A stretch of 64,000 bases of DNA, from assembly GCF_009914755.1 (NCBI RefSeq), contig NC_060941.1; one strand, written 5' to 3'. Under the pieces are notes generated by a model, which was given only the letters and a program-made list of their open reading frames with translations, did no database searches and was not told the origin of the DNA. The position numbers and the translations under genes are program-made. Below, piece by piece: positions 24,501-37,689 of this stretch (positions are counted from its first letter, which is position 1; each line of letters starts with the position of its first letter). The DNA comes from the human T2T-CHM13v2.0 reference genome, Homo sapiens.

Positions 24501-27500
24501 AGTGGAGCATTCCTATTGACAGAGCAGTTTGGAAACACTCTTCTTGTAGAATCGGCTAGTGGAGATTTGGAGCGCTTTGAGGCCTATGGTAGTAAAGGGA
24601 AGAGCTTCACATAAAATCTAGACAGAAGCATTCTCAGAAAATTCTTTGTGATGATTGTGTTTAACACATAGAGCTGAACATTCCTTTGGAGGGAGAAGGT
24701 TTGAAACACACTTTCTGTAGAATCTGGGAGTGGATATTTGGACCTCTCTGAGGATTTCGTTGGAAACGGGATAACTGCACCTAACTAAACGGAAGCATTC
24801 TCACAAAATTCTTTGTGATGTTTGCATTCAAATCCCAGAGTTGAACCTTCCTTTGATAGTTCAGCTTTGAAACACTCTTTTTGGAGGTTCTGCAGGTGGA
24901 TATTTGGACCCCTCTTTGGCCTTCGTTCGAAACGGGTACATCTTCAAATAAAATCTAGACAGAAGCCTTCTCAGAAACTTCTCTGTGACGATTGCATTCA
25001 ACACAAAGCGTTGAACCCTCCTATGGATAGAGCAGTTTTGAATCTCTCTTTTTGTGGAATCTGCAAGTGGATATGTGGTACTCTTTGAAGATGTCTTTGG
25101 AAACGGGAATATCTTCACATAAAAACTAAACAGAAGCATTCTCAGAAACTTCTCTGTGATGTTTGTGTTCAACTCACAGAGTTTCACATTGCTTTTCATA
25201 GAGCAGATGAGAAACATGCTTTTCGTAGGGTCTGCAAGTGGACATTTGGAGAGCTTTCAGGCCTGTGGTGGAAAACGAATTATCGTCACGTAAAAACTAG
25301 AGGGAAGCATTGTCAGAAACTTCTTTGTGATGATTGCATTCAACTCACAGAGTTGAAGGTTCCTTTTCAAACAGCAGTTTCCAAACACTCTTTCTGTGGC
25401 ATCTGCAAGTGGATGTTTGGGCCTCTTTGAAGATTTCGTTGGAAACGGGATAATCTTCACAGAAAAGCTAAACAGAAGCATGCTCAGAAACTTCTTTGTG
25501 ATGTTTGCTTTCAACTCACAGAGTTGAACTTTCCTTTTGAGAGAGAAGCTTTGAAACACTCTTTTTCTAGAATCTGCAAGTGGATATTTGGAGGGCTTTG
25601 AGGCCTGAGGTGGAACAGGAATTATCTTCCCGTAAGAACTAGATAGATGCATTCTCAGAAACTACTTTGTGACGATTGCATTCAAGTCACAGAGGTGAAC
25701 ATTCCCTTTCAGAGAGCACTTTGGAAACTCTCGTTGTGTAGAATCTGCAAGTGGAGATATGGACCGCTTTGAGGCCTATGGTAGTAAAGGAAACAGCTTC
25801 ATATAAAAACTAGACAGCAGCATTCTCAGAAAACCCTTTGTGACGACTGAGTTTAACTCACAGGGCTGAACATTCCTTTGGATGGAGCAGTTTGGAAACA
25901 CACTATCTGTAGGATCTGCAAGCAGATACTTGGGCCTCCCTGAGGATTTCGTTGGAAACCGGATAAACCGCACAGAACTAAACAGAAGCATTCTCAGAAC
26001 CTTCTTCGTGATGTTTGCATTCAACCCACAGTGTTGAACCTTTCTTTGATAGTTCAGGTTTGAAACACTCTTTTCGTAGAAACTGCAAGTGGATAACTGC
26101 ACTTCTTTGAGGCCTATCGTAGTAAAGGAAATAACTTCCTATAAAAACAAGACAGAAGCTTTCTCAGAAAATTCTCTGGGATGATTGAGTTGAACTCACA
26201 GAGCAGTACTTTCCTTGGGATGGAGTAGTTTCGAAACACACTTTCTGTAGAATCTGCAAGTGGATATTTGGACCTGTCTGAGGAATTCGTTGCAAACGGG
26301 ATAATTTCAGCTAAGTAAACAGAAGCAGTCTCAGAATCTTCTTGTGATGTTTGCATTCAAATCCCAGAATTGAACCTTCCTTTGAAAGTTCAGGTTGGAA
26401 ACACTCTTTTTGCAGGATCTACAAGTGGATATTCGGACCACTCTGTGGACTTCGTTCGAAACGGGTATATCTTCACATAACATCTAGACAGAAGCATTCT
26501 CAGAAACTTTTCTGTGATGACTGCATTCAACTCACAGAGTTGAACACTCCTTTTGAGAGCGCAGTTTTGAAACTCTCTTTCTCTGGAATCTGCAAGGGGA
26601 CATGCAGACCTCTTTGAAGGTTTCGTTGGAAACGGAATCATCTTCACATAAAAATTACACAGAAGCATCCTCAGGAACTCCTTGGTGATGTTTGTATTCA
26701 ACTTCCAGAGCTGAACTTTCCTTCGGAAAGAGCAGCTATGAAACACTCTTTTTCTAGAATCTGCAAGTGGACATTGGGAGGGCTGTGAGGTTTGTGGTGG
26801 AAAAGGAAATATCTCCACATAAATACTAGATAGAAGCCTTCTCAGAAACTACTTTGTGATGATTGCATTCACCTCACGGAGTGGAGCATTCCTATTGACA
26901 GAGCAGTTTGGAAACACTCTTCTTGTAGAATCGGCTAGTGGAGATTTGGAGCGCTTTGAGGCCTATGGTAGTAAAGGGAAGAGCTTCACATAAAATCTAG
27001 ACGGAAGCATTCTCAGAAAATAATTTGTGATGATTGAGTTTAACACACAGAGCTGAACATTCCTTTGGATGGAGAAGGTTTGAAACACACTTTCTGTAGA
27101 ATCTGCGAGTGGATATTTGGACCTCTCTGAGGATTTCGTTGGAAAGGGGATAACTGCACCTAACTAAACGGAAGCATTCTCACAAAATTCTTTGTGATGT
27201 TTGCATTCAAATCCCAGAGTTGAACCTTCCTTTGATAGTTCAGCTTTGAAACACTCTTTTTGTAGGTTCTGCAGGTGGATATTTGGACCACTCTTTGGCC
27301 TTCGTTCGAAACGGGTACATCTTCAAATAAAATCTAGACAGAAGCCTTCTCAGAAACTTCTCTGTGACGATTGCATTCAACTCAGAGAGTTGAACCCTCC
27401 TATGGATAGAGCAGTTTTGAATCTCTCTTTTTGTGGAATCTGCAAGTGGATATGTGGTCCTCTTTGAAGATGTCTTTGGAAACGGGAATATCTTCACATA

Positions 27501-30500
27501 AAAACTAAACAGAAGCATTCTCAGAAACTTCTCTGTGATGTTTGTGTTCAACTCACAGAGTTTCACGTTGCTTTTCATAGAGCAGATGAGAAACATGCTT
27601 TTCGTAGTGTCTGCAAGTGGACATTTGGAGAGCTTTCAGGCCTGTGGTGGAAAACGAATTATCGTCACGTAAAAACTAGAGAGAAGCATTGTCAGAAACT
27701 TGTTTGTGATGACTGCATTCAACTCACAGAGTTGAAGGTTCCTTTTCAAACAGCAGTTTCCAAACACTCTTTCTGAGGCATCTGCAAGTGGATGTTTGGG
27801 CCTCTTTGAAGATTTCGTTGGAAACTGGATAATCTTCACAGAAAAGCTAAACAGAAGCATTCTCAGAAACTTCTTTGTGATGTTTGCTTTCAACTCACAG
27901 AGTTGAACTTTCCTTTTGAGAGAGAAGCTTTGAAACACTCTTTTTCTAGAATCTGCAAGTGAATATTTGGAGGGCTTTGAGGCCTGAGGTGGAAAAGGAA
28001 TTATCTTCCCGTAAGAACTAGATAGATGCATTCTCAGAAACTACTTTGTGACGAGTGCATTCAAGTCACAGAGGTGAACATTCCCTTTCAGAGAGCACTT
28101 TGGAAACTCTCGTTGTGTAGAATCTGCAAGTGGAGATATGGACCGCTTTGAGGCCTATGGTAGTAAAGGAAACAGCTTCATATAAAAACTAGACAGCAGC
28201 ATTCTCAGAAAACACTTTGTGACGACTGAGTTTAACTCACAGGGCTGAACATTCCTTTGGATGGAGCAGTTTGGAAACACACTATCTGTAGTATCTGCAA
28301 GCGGATACTTGGGCCTCCCTGAGGATTTCGTGGGAAACGGGATAAACCGCACAGAACTAAACAGAAGCATTCTCAGAACCTTCTTCGTGATGTTTGCATT
28401 CAACCCACAGTGTTGAACCTTTCTTTGATAGTTCAGGTTTGAAACACTCTTTTTGTAGAAACTGCAAGTGGATAACTGCACTTCTTTGAGGCCTATCGTA
28501 GTAAAGGAAATAACTTCCTATAAAAACAAGACAGAAGCTTTCTCAGAAAATTCTCTGGGATGATTGAGTTGAACTCACAGAGCAGTACTTTCCTTGGGAT
28601 GGAGTAGTTTCGAAACACACTTTCTGTAGAATCTGCAAGTGGATATTTGGACCTGTCTGAGGAATTCGTTGCAAACGGGATAATTTCAGCTAAGTAAACA
28701 GAAGCAGTCTCAGAATCTTCTTGTGATGTTTGCATTCAAATCCCAGAATTGAACCTTCCTTTGAAAGTTCAGGTTGGAAACACTCTTTCTGCAGGATCTA
28801 CAAGTGGATATTCGGACCACTCTGTGGACTTCGTTCGAAACGGGTATATCTTCACATAACATCTAGACAGAAGCATTCTCAGAAACTTTTCTGTGATGAC
28901 TGCATTCAACTCACAGAGTTGAACACTCCTTTTGAGAGCGCAGTTTTGAAACTCTCTTTCTCTGGAACCTGCAAGGGGACATGCAGACCTCTTTGAAGGT
29001 TTCGTTGGAAACGGAATCATCTTCACATAAAAATTACACAGAAGCATCCTCAGGAACTCCTTGGTGATGTTTGTATTCAACTTCCAGAGTTGAACTTTCC
29101 TTCGGAAAGAGCAGCTATGAAACACTCTTTTTCTAGAATCTGCAAGTGGACATTGGGAGGGCTGTGAGGTTTGTGGTGGAAAAGGAAATATCTCCACATA
29201 AATACTAGATAGAAGCCTTCTCAGAAACTACTTTGTGATGATTGCATTCACCTCACGGAGTGGAGCATTCCTATTGACAGAGCAGTTTGGAAACACTCTT
29301 CTTGTAGAATCGGCTAGTGGAGATTTGGAGCGCTTTGAGGCCTATGGTAGTAAAGGGAAGAGCTTCACATAAAATCTAGACAGAAGCATTCTCAGAAAAT
29401 ACTTTGTGATGATTGAGTTTAACACACAGAGCTGAACATTCCTTTGGATGGAGAAGGTTTGAAACACACTTTCTGTAGAATCTGCGAGTGGATATTTGGA
29501 CCTCTCTGAGGATTTCGTTGGAAACGGGATAACTGCACCTAACTAAACGGAAGCATTCTCACAAAATTCTTTGTGATGTTTGCATTCAAATCCCAGAGTT
29601 GAACCTTCCTTTGATAGTTCAGCTTTGAAACACTCTTTTTGTAGGTTCTGCAGGTGGATATTTGGACCACTCTTTGGCCTTCGTTCGAAACGGGTACATC
29701 TTCAAATAAAATCTAGACAGAAGCCTTCTCAGAAACTTCTCTGTGACGATTGCATTCAACTCAGAGAGTTGAACCCTCCTATGGATAGAGCAGTTTTGAA
29801 TCTCTCTTTTTGTGGAATCTGCAAGTGGATATGTGGTCCTCTTTGAAGATGTCTTTGGAAACGGGAATATCTTCACATAAAAACTAAACAGAAGCATTCT
29901 CAGAAACTTCTCTGTGATGTTTGTGTTCAACTCACAGAGTTTCACGTTGCTTTTCATAGAGCAGATGAGAAACATGCTTTTCGTAGGGTCTGCAAGTGGA
30001 CATTTGGAGAGCTTTCAGGCCTGTGGTGGAAAACGAATTATCGTCACGTAAAAACTAGAGAGAAGCATTGTCAGAAACTTGTTTGTGATGACTGCATTCA
30101 ACTCACAGAGTTGAAGGTTCCTTTTCAAACAGCAGTTTCCAAACACTCTTTCTGTGGCATCTGCAAGTGGATGTTTGGGCCTCTTTGAAGATTTCGTTGG
30201 AAACGGGATAATCTTCACAGAAAAGCTAAACAGAAGCATGCTCAGAAACTTCTTTGTGATGTTTGCTTTCAACTCACAGAGTTGAACTTTCCTTTTGAGA
30301 GAGAAGCTTTGAAACACTCTTTTTCTAGAATCTGCAAGTGGATATTTGGAGGGCTTTGAGGCCTGAGGTGGAACAGGAATTATCTTCCCGTAAGAACTAG
30401 ATAGATGCATTCTCAGAAACTACTTTGTGACGATTGCATTCAAGTCACAGACGTGAACATTACCTTTCAGAGAGCACTTTGGAAACTCTCGTTGTGTAGA

Positions 30501-33500
30501 ATCTGCAAGTGGAGATATGGACCGCTTTGAGGCCTATGGTAGTAAAGGAAACAGCTTCATATAAAAACTAGACAGCAGCATTCTCAGAAAACTCTTTGTG
30601 ACGACTGAGTTTAACTCACAGGGCTGAACATTCCTTTGGATGGAGCAGTTTGGAAACACACTATCTGTAGGATCTGCAAGCGGATACTTGGGCCTCCCTG
30701 AGGATTTCGTGGGAAACGGGATAAACCGCACAGAACTAAACAGAAGCATTCTCAGAACCTTCTTCGTGATGTTTGCATTCAACACACAGTGTTGAACCTT
30801 TCTTTGATAGTTCAGGTTTGAAACACTCTTTTCGTAGAAACTGCAAGTGGATAACTGCACTTCTTTGAGGCCTATCGTAGTAAAGGAAATAACTTCCTAT
30901 AAAAACAAGACAGAAGCTTTCTCAGAAAATTCTCTGGGATGATTGAGTTGAACTCACAGAGCAGTACTTTCCTTGGGATGGAGTAGTTTCAAAACACACT
31001 TTCTGTAGAATCTGCAAGTGGATATTTGGACCTGTCTGAGGAATTCGTTGCAAACGGGATAATTTCAGCTAAGTAAACAGAAGCAGTCTCAGAATCTTCT
31101 TGTGATGTTTGCATTCAAATCCCAGAATGAAACCTTCCTTTGAAAGTTCAGGTTGGAAACACTCTTTTTGCAGGATCTACAAGTGGATATTCGGACCACT
31201 CTGTGGACTTCGTTCGAAACGGGTATATCTTCACATAACATCTAGACAGAAGCATTCTCAGAAACTTTTCTGTGATGACTGCATTCAACTCACAGAGTTG
31301 AACACTCCTTTTGAGAGCGCAGTTTTGAAACTCTCTTTCTCTGGAATCTGCAAGGGGACATGCAGACCTCTTTGAAGGTTTCGTTGGAAACGGAATCATC
31401 TTCACATAAAAATTACACAGAAGCATCCTCAGGAACTCTTTGGTGATGTTTGTATTCAACTTCCAGAGTTGAACTTTCCTTCGGAAAGAGCAGCTATGAA
31501 ACACTCTTTTTCTAGAATCTGCAAGTGGACATTGGGAGGGCTGTGAGGTTTGTGGTGGAAAAGGAAATATCTCCACATAAATACTAGATAGAAGCCTTCT
31601 CAGAAACTACTTTGTGATGACTGCATTCACCTCACGGAGTGGAGCATTCCTATTGACAGAGCAGTTTGGAAACACTCTTCTTGTAGAATCGGCTAGTGGA
31701 GAGTTGGAGCGCTTTGAGGCCTATGGTAGTAAAGGGAAGAGCTTCACATAAAATCTAGACAGAAGCATTCTCAGAAAATTCTTTGTGATGATTGTGTTTA
31801 ACACATAGAGCTGAACATTCCTTTGGAGGGAGAAGGTTTGAAACACACTTTCTGTAGAATCTGCGAGTGGATATTTGGACCTCTCTGAGGATTTCGTTGG
31901 AAACGGGATAACTGCACCTAACTAAACGGAAGCATTCTCACAAAATTCTTTGTGATGTTTGCATTCAAATCCCAGAGTTGAACCTTCCTTTGATAGTTCA
32001 GCTTTGAAACACTCTTTTTGGAGGTTCTGCAGGTGGATATTTGGACCCCTCTTTGGCCTTCGTTCGAAATGGGTACATCTTCAAATAAAATCTAGACAGA
32101 AGCCTTCTCAGAAACTTCTCTGTGACGATTGCATTCAACACAAAGCGTTGAACCCTCCTATGGATAGAGCAGTTTTGAATCTCTCTTTTTGTGGAATCTG
32201 CAAGTGGATATGTGGTACTCTTTGAAGATGTCTTTGGAAACGGGAATATCTTCACATAAAAACTAAACAGAAGCATTCTCAGAAACTTCTCTGTGATGTT
32301 TGTGTTCAACTCACAGAGTTTCACATTGCTTTTCATAGAGCAGATGAGAAACATGCTTTTCGTAGGGTCTGCAAGTGGACATTTGGAGAGCTTTCAGGCC
32401 TGTGGTGGAAAACGAATTATCGTCACGTAAAAACTAGAGGGAAGCATTGTCAGAAACTTCTTTGTGATGACTGCATTCAACTCACAGAGTTGAAGGTTCC
32501 TTTTCAAACAGCAGTTTCCAAACACTCTTTCTGTGGCATCTGCAATTGGATGTTTGGGCCTCTTTGAAGATTTCGTTGGAAACGGGATAATCTTCACAGA
32601 AAAGCTAAACAGAAGCATGCTCAGAAACTTCTTTGTGATGTTTGCTTTCAACTCACAGAGTTGAACTTTCCTTTTGAGAGAGAAGCTTTGAAACACTCTT
32701 TTTCTAGAATCTGCAAGTGGATATTTGGAGGGCTTTGAGGCCTGAGGTGGAACAGGAATTATCTTCCCGTAAGAACTAGATAGATGCATTCTCAGAAACT
32801 ACTTTGTGACGATTGCATTCAAGTCACAGAGGTGAACATTCCCTTTCAGAGAGCACTTTGGAAACTCTCGTTGTGTAGAATCTGCAAGTGGAGATATGGA
32901 CCGCTTTGAGGCCTATGGTAGTAAAGGAAACAGCTTCATATAAAAACTAGACAGCAGCATTCTCAGAAAACCCTTTGTGACGACTGAGTTTAACTCACAG
33001 GGCTGAACATTCCTTTGGATGGAGCAGTTTGGAAACACACTATCTGTAGGATCTGCAAGCAGATACTTGGGCCTCCCTGAGGATTTCGTTGGAAACCGGA
33101 TAAACCGCACAGAACTAAACAGAAGCATTCTCAGAACCTTCTTCGTGATGTTTGCATTCAACCCACAGTGTTGAACCTTTCTTTGATAGTTCAGGTTTGA
33201 AACACTCTTTTCGTAGAAACTGCAAGTGGATAACTGCACTTCTTTGAGGCCTATCGTAGTAAAGGAAATAACTTCCTATAAAAACAAGACAGAAGCTTTC
33301 TCAGAAAATTCTCTGGGATGATTGAGTTGAACTCACAGAGCAGTACTTTCCTTGGGATGGAGTAGTTTCGAAACACACTTTCTGTAGAATCTGCAAGTGG
33401 ATATTTGGACCTGTCTGAGGAATTCGTTGCAAACGGGATAATTTCAGCTAAGTAAACAGAAGCAGTCTCAGAATCTTCTTGTGATGTTTGCATTCAAATC

Positions 33501-35200
33501 CCAGAATTGAACCTTCCTTTGAAAGTTCAGGTTGGAAACAATCTTTTTGCAGGATCTACAAGTGGATATTCGGACCACTCTGTGGACTTCGTTCGAAACG
33601 GGTATATCTTCACATAACATCTAGACAGAAGCATTCTCAGAAACTTTTCTGTGATGACTGCATTCAACTCACAGAGTTGAACACTCCTTTTGAGAGCGCA
33701 GTTTTGAAACTCTCTTTCTCTGGAATCTGCAAGGGGACATGCAGACCTCTTTGAAGGTTTCGTTGGAAACGGAATCATCTTCACATAAAAATTACACAGA
33801 AGCATCCTCAGGAACTCCTTGGTGATGTTTGTATTCAACTTCCAGAGCTGAACTTTCCTTCGGAAAGAGCAGCTATGAAACACTCTTTTTCTAGAATCTG
33901 CAAGTGGACATTGGGAGGGCTGTGAGGTTTGTGGTGGAAAAGGAAATATCTCCACATAAATACTAGATAGAAGCCTTCTCAGAAACTACTTTGTGATGAT
34001 TGCATTCACCTCACGGAGTGGAGCATTCCTATTGACAGAGCAGTTTGGAAACACTCTTCTTGTAGAATCGGCTAGTGGAGATTTGGAGCGCTTTGAGGCC
34101 TATGGTAGTAAAGGGAAGAGCTTCACATAAAATCTAGACGGAAGCATTCTCAGAAAATAATTTGTGATGATTGAGTTTAACACACAGAGCTGAACATTCC
34201 TTTGGATGGAGAAGGTTTGAAACACACTTTCTGTAGAATCTGCGAGTGGATATTTGGACCTCTCTGAGGATTTCGTTGGAAAGGGGATAACTGCACCTAA
34301 CTAAACGGAAGCATTCTCACAAAATTCTTTGTGATGTTTGCATTCAAATCCCAGAGTTGAACCTTCCTTTGATAGTTCAGCTTTGAAACACTCTTTTTGT
34401 AGGTTCTGCAGGTGGATATTTGGACCACTCTTTGGCCTTCGTTCGAAACGGGTACATCTTCAAATAAAATCTAGACAGAAGCCTTCTCAGAAACTTCTCT
34501 GTGACGATTGCATTCAACTCAGAGAGTTGAACCCTCCTATGGATAGAGCAGTTTTGAATCTCTCTTTTTGTGGAATCTGCAAGTGGATATGTGGTCCTCT
34601 TTGAAGATGTCTTTGGAAACGGGAATATCTTCACATAAAAACTAAACAGAAGCATTCTCAGAAACTTCTCTGTGATGTTTGTGTTCAACTCACAGAGTTT
34701 CACGTTGCTTTTCATAGAGCAGATGAGAAACATGCTTTTCGTAGTGTCTGCAAGTGGACATTTGGAGAGCTTTCAGGCCTGTGGTGGAAAACGAATTATC
34801 GTCACGTAAAAACTAGAGAGAAGCATTGTCAGAAACTTGTTTGTGATGACTGCATTCAACTCACAGAGTTGAAGGTTCCTTTTCAAACAGCAGTTTCCAA
34901 ACACTGTTTCTGAGGCATCTGCAAGTGGATGTTTGGGCCTCTTTGAAGATTTCGTTGGAAACTGGATAATCTTCACAGAAAAGCTAAACAGAAGCATTCT
35001 CAGAAACTTCTTTGTGATGTTTGCTTTCAACTCACAGAGTTGAACTTTCCTTTTGAGAGAGAAGCTTTGAAACACTCTTTTTCTAGAATCTGCAAGTGAA
35101 TATTTGGAGGGCTTTGAGGCCTGAGGTGGAAAAGGAATTATCTTCCCGTAAGAACTAGATAGATGCATTCTCAGAAACTACTTTGTGACGATTGCATTCA
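21525..35200 (+). repeat. Three-HOR (7137 bp) duplication: U10-U12 / U13-U15
   Basis: Rare variants 7137 bp apart: TTCTGCAGG 21652/28789, AAAGGGGA box 27134/34271, AAACTGGA box 27813/34950, GTGAATAT 27962/35099. ORF signatures GTCKG (21593/28730), MKPS (23972/31109) and FWRF..CGTL (24822/31959) agree. Confidence 0.92.
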
Positions 35201-37689
35201 AGTCACAGAGGTGAACATTCCCTTTCAGAGAGCACTTTGGAAACTCTCGTTGTGTAGAATCTGCAAGTGGAGATATGGACCGCTTTGAGGCCTATGGTAG
35301 TAAAGGAAACAGCTTCATATAAAAACTAGACAGCAGCATTCTCAGAAAACTCTTTGTGACGACTGAGTTTAACTCACAGGGCTGAACATTCCTTTGGATG
35401 GAGCAGTTTGGAAACACACTATCTGTAGGATCTGCAAGCGGATACTTGGGCCTCTCTGAGGATTTCGTTGGAAACGGGATAAACCGCACAGAACTAAACA
35501 GAAGCATTCTCAGAACCTTCTTCGTGATGTTTGCATTCAACCCACAGTGTTGAACCTTTCTTTGATAGTTCAGGTTTGAAACACTCTTTTCGTAGAAACT
35601 GCAAGTGGATAACTGCACTTCTTTGAGGCCTATCGTAGTAAAGGAAATAACTTCCTATAAAAACAAGACAGAAGCTTTCTCAGAAAATTCTCTGGGATGA
35701 TTGAGTTGAACTCACAGAGCAGTACTTTCCTTGGGATGGAGTAGTTTCGAAACACACTTTCTGTAGAATCTGCAAGTGGATATTTGGACCTGTCTGAGGA
35801 ATTCGTTGCAAACGGGATAATTTCAGCTAAGTAAACAGAAGCAGTCTCAGAATCTTCTTGTGATGTTTGCATTCAAATCCCAGAATTGAACCTTCCTTTG
35901 AAAGTTCAGGTTGGAAACACTCTTTTTGCAGGATCTACAAGTGGATATTCGGACCACTCTGTGGACTTCGTTCGAAACGGGTATATCTTCACATAACATC
36001 TAGACAGAAGCATTCTCAGAAACTTTTCTGTGATGACTGCATTCAACTCACAGAGTTGAACACTCCTTTTGAGAGTGCAGTTTTGAAACTCTCTTTCTCT
36101 GGAATCTGCAAGGGGACATGCAGACCTCTTTGAAGGTTTCGTTGGAAACGGAATCATCTTCACATAAAAATTACACAGAAGCATCCTCAGGAACTCCTTG
36201 GTGATGTTTGTATTCAACTTCCAGAGCTGAACTTTCCTTCGGAGAGAGCAGCTATGAAACACTCTTTTTCTAGAATCTGCAAGTGGACATTGGGAAGGCT
36301 GTGAGGTTTGTGGTGGAAAAGGAAATATCTCCACATAAATACTAGATAGAAGCCTTCTCAGAAACTACTTTGTGATGACTGCATTCACCTCACGGAGTGG
36401 AGCATTCCTATTGACAGAGCAGTTTGGAAACACTCTTCTTGTAGAATCGGCTAGTGGAGAGTTGGAGCGCTTTGAGGCCTATGGTAGTAAAGGGAAGAGC
36501 TTCACATAAAATCTAGACAGAAGCATTCTCAGAAAATACTTTGTGATGATTGAGTTTAACACACAGAGCTGAACATTCCTTTGGATGGAGAAGGTTTGAA
36601 ACACACTTTCTGTAGAATCTGCGAGTGGATATTTGGACCTCTCTGAGGATTTCGTTGGAAAGGGGATAACTGCACCTAAGTAAACGGAAGCATTCTCACA
36701 AAATTCTTTGTGATGTTTGCATTCAAATCCCAGAGTTGAACCTTCCTTTGATAGTTCAGCTTTGAAACACTCTTTTTGTAGGTTCTGCAGGTGGATATTT
36801 GGACCACTCTTTGGCCTTCGTTCGAAACGGGTACATCTTCAAATAAAATCTAGACAGAAGCCTTCTCAGAAACTTCTCTGTGACGATTGCATTCAACTCA
36901 GAGAGTTGAACCCTCCTATGGATAGAGCAGTTTTGAATCTCTCTTTTTGTGGAATCTGCAAGTGGATATGTGGTCCTCTTTGAAGATGTCTTTGGAAACG
37001 GGAATATCTTCACATAAAAACTAAACAGAAGCATTCTCAGAAACTTCTCTGTGATGTTTGTGTTCAACTCACAGAGTTTCACGTTGCTTTTCATAGAGCA
37101 GATGAGAAACATGCTTTTCGTAGTGTCTGCAAGTGGACATTTGGAGAGCTTTCAGGCCTGTGGTGGAAAACGAATTATCGTCACGTAAAAACTAGAGAGA
37201 AGCATTGTCAGAAACTTGTTTGTGATGACTGCATTCAACTCACAGAGTTGAAGGTTCCTTTTCAAACAGCAGTTTCCAAACACTCTTTCTGAGGCATCTG
37301 CAAGTGGATGTTTGGGCCTCTTTGAAGATTTCGTTGGAAACTGGATAATCTTCACAGAAAAGCTAAACAGAAGCATTCTCAGAAACTTCTTTGTGACGTT
37401 TGCTTTCAACTCACAGAGTTGAACTTTCCTTTTGAGAGAGAAGCTTTGAAACACTCTTTTTCCAGAATCTGCAAGTGGATATTTGGAGGGCTTTGAGGCC
37501 TGAGGTGGAAAAGGAATTATCTTCCCGTAAGAACTAGATAGATGCATTCTCAGAAACTACTTTGTGACGATTGCATTCAAGTCACAGAGGTGAACATTCC
37601 CTTTCAGAGAGCACTTTGGAAACTCTCGTTGTGTAGAATCTGCAAGTGGAGATATGGACCGCTTTGAGGCCTATGGTAGTAAAGGAAAC

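Noticed and set aside
16717-30991. TTCGAA>TTCAAA at 16717, 23854 and 30991 suggesting the 7137-bp period extends back to U7
   Set aside because: It is a single CpG transition that can recur or be converted; other U7 markers pair with U9, not U10.
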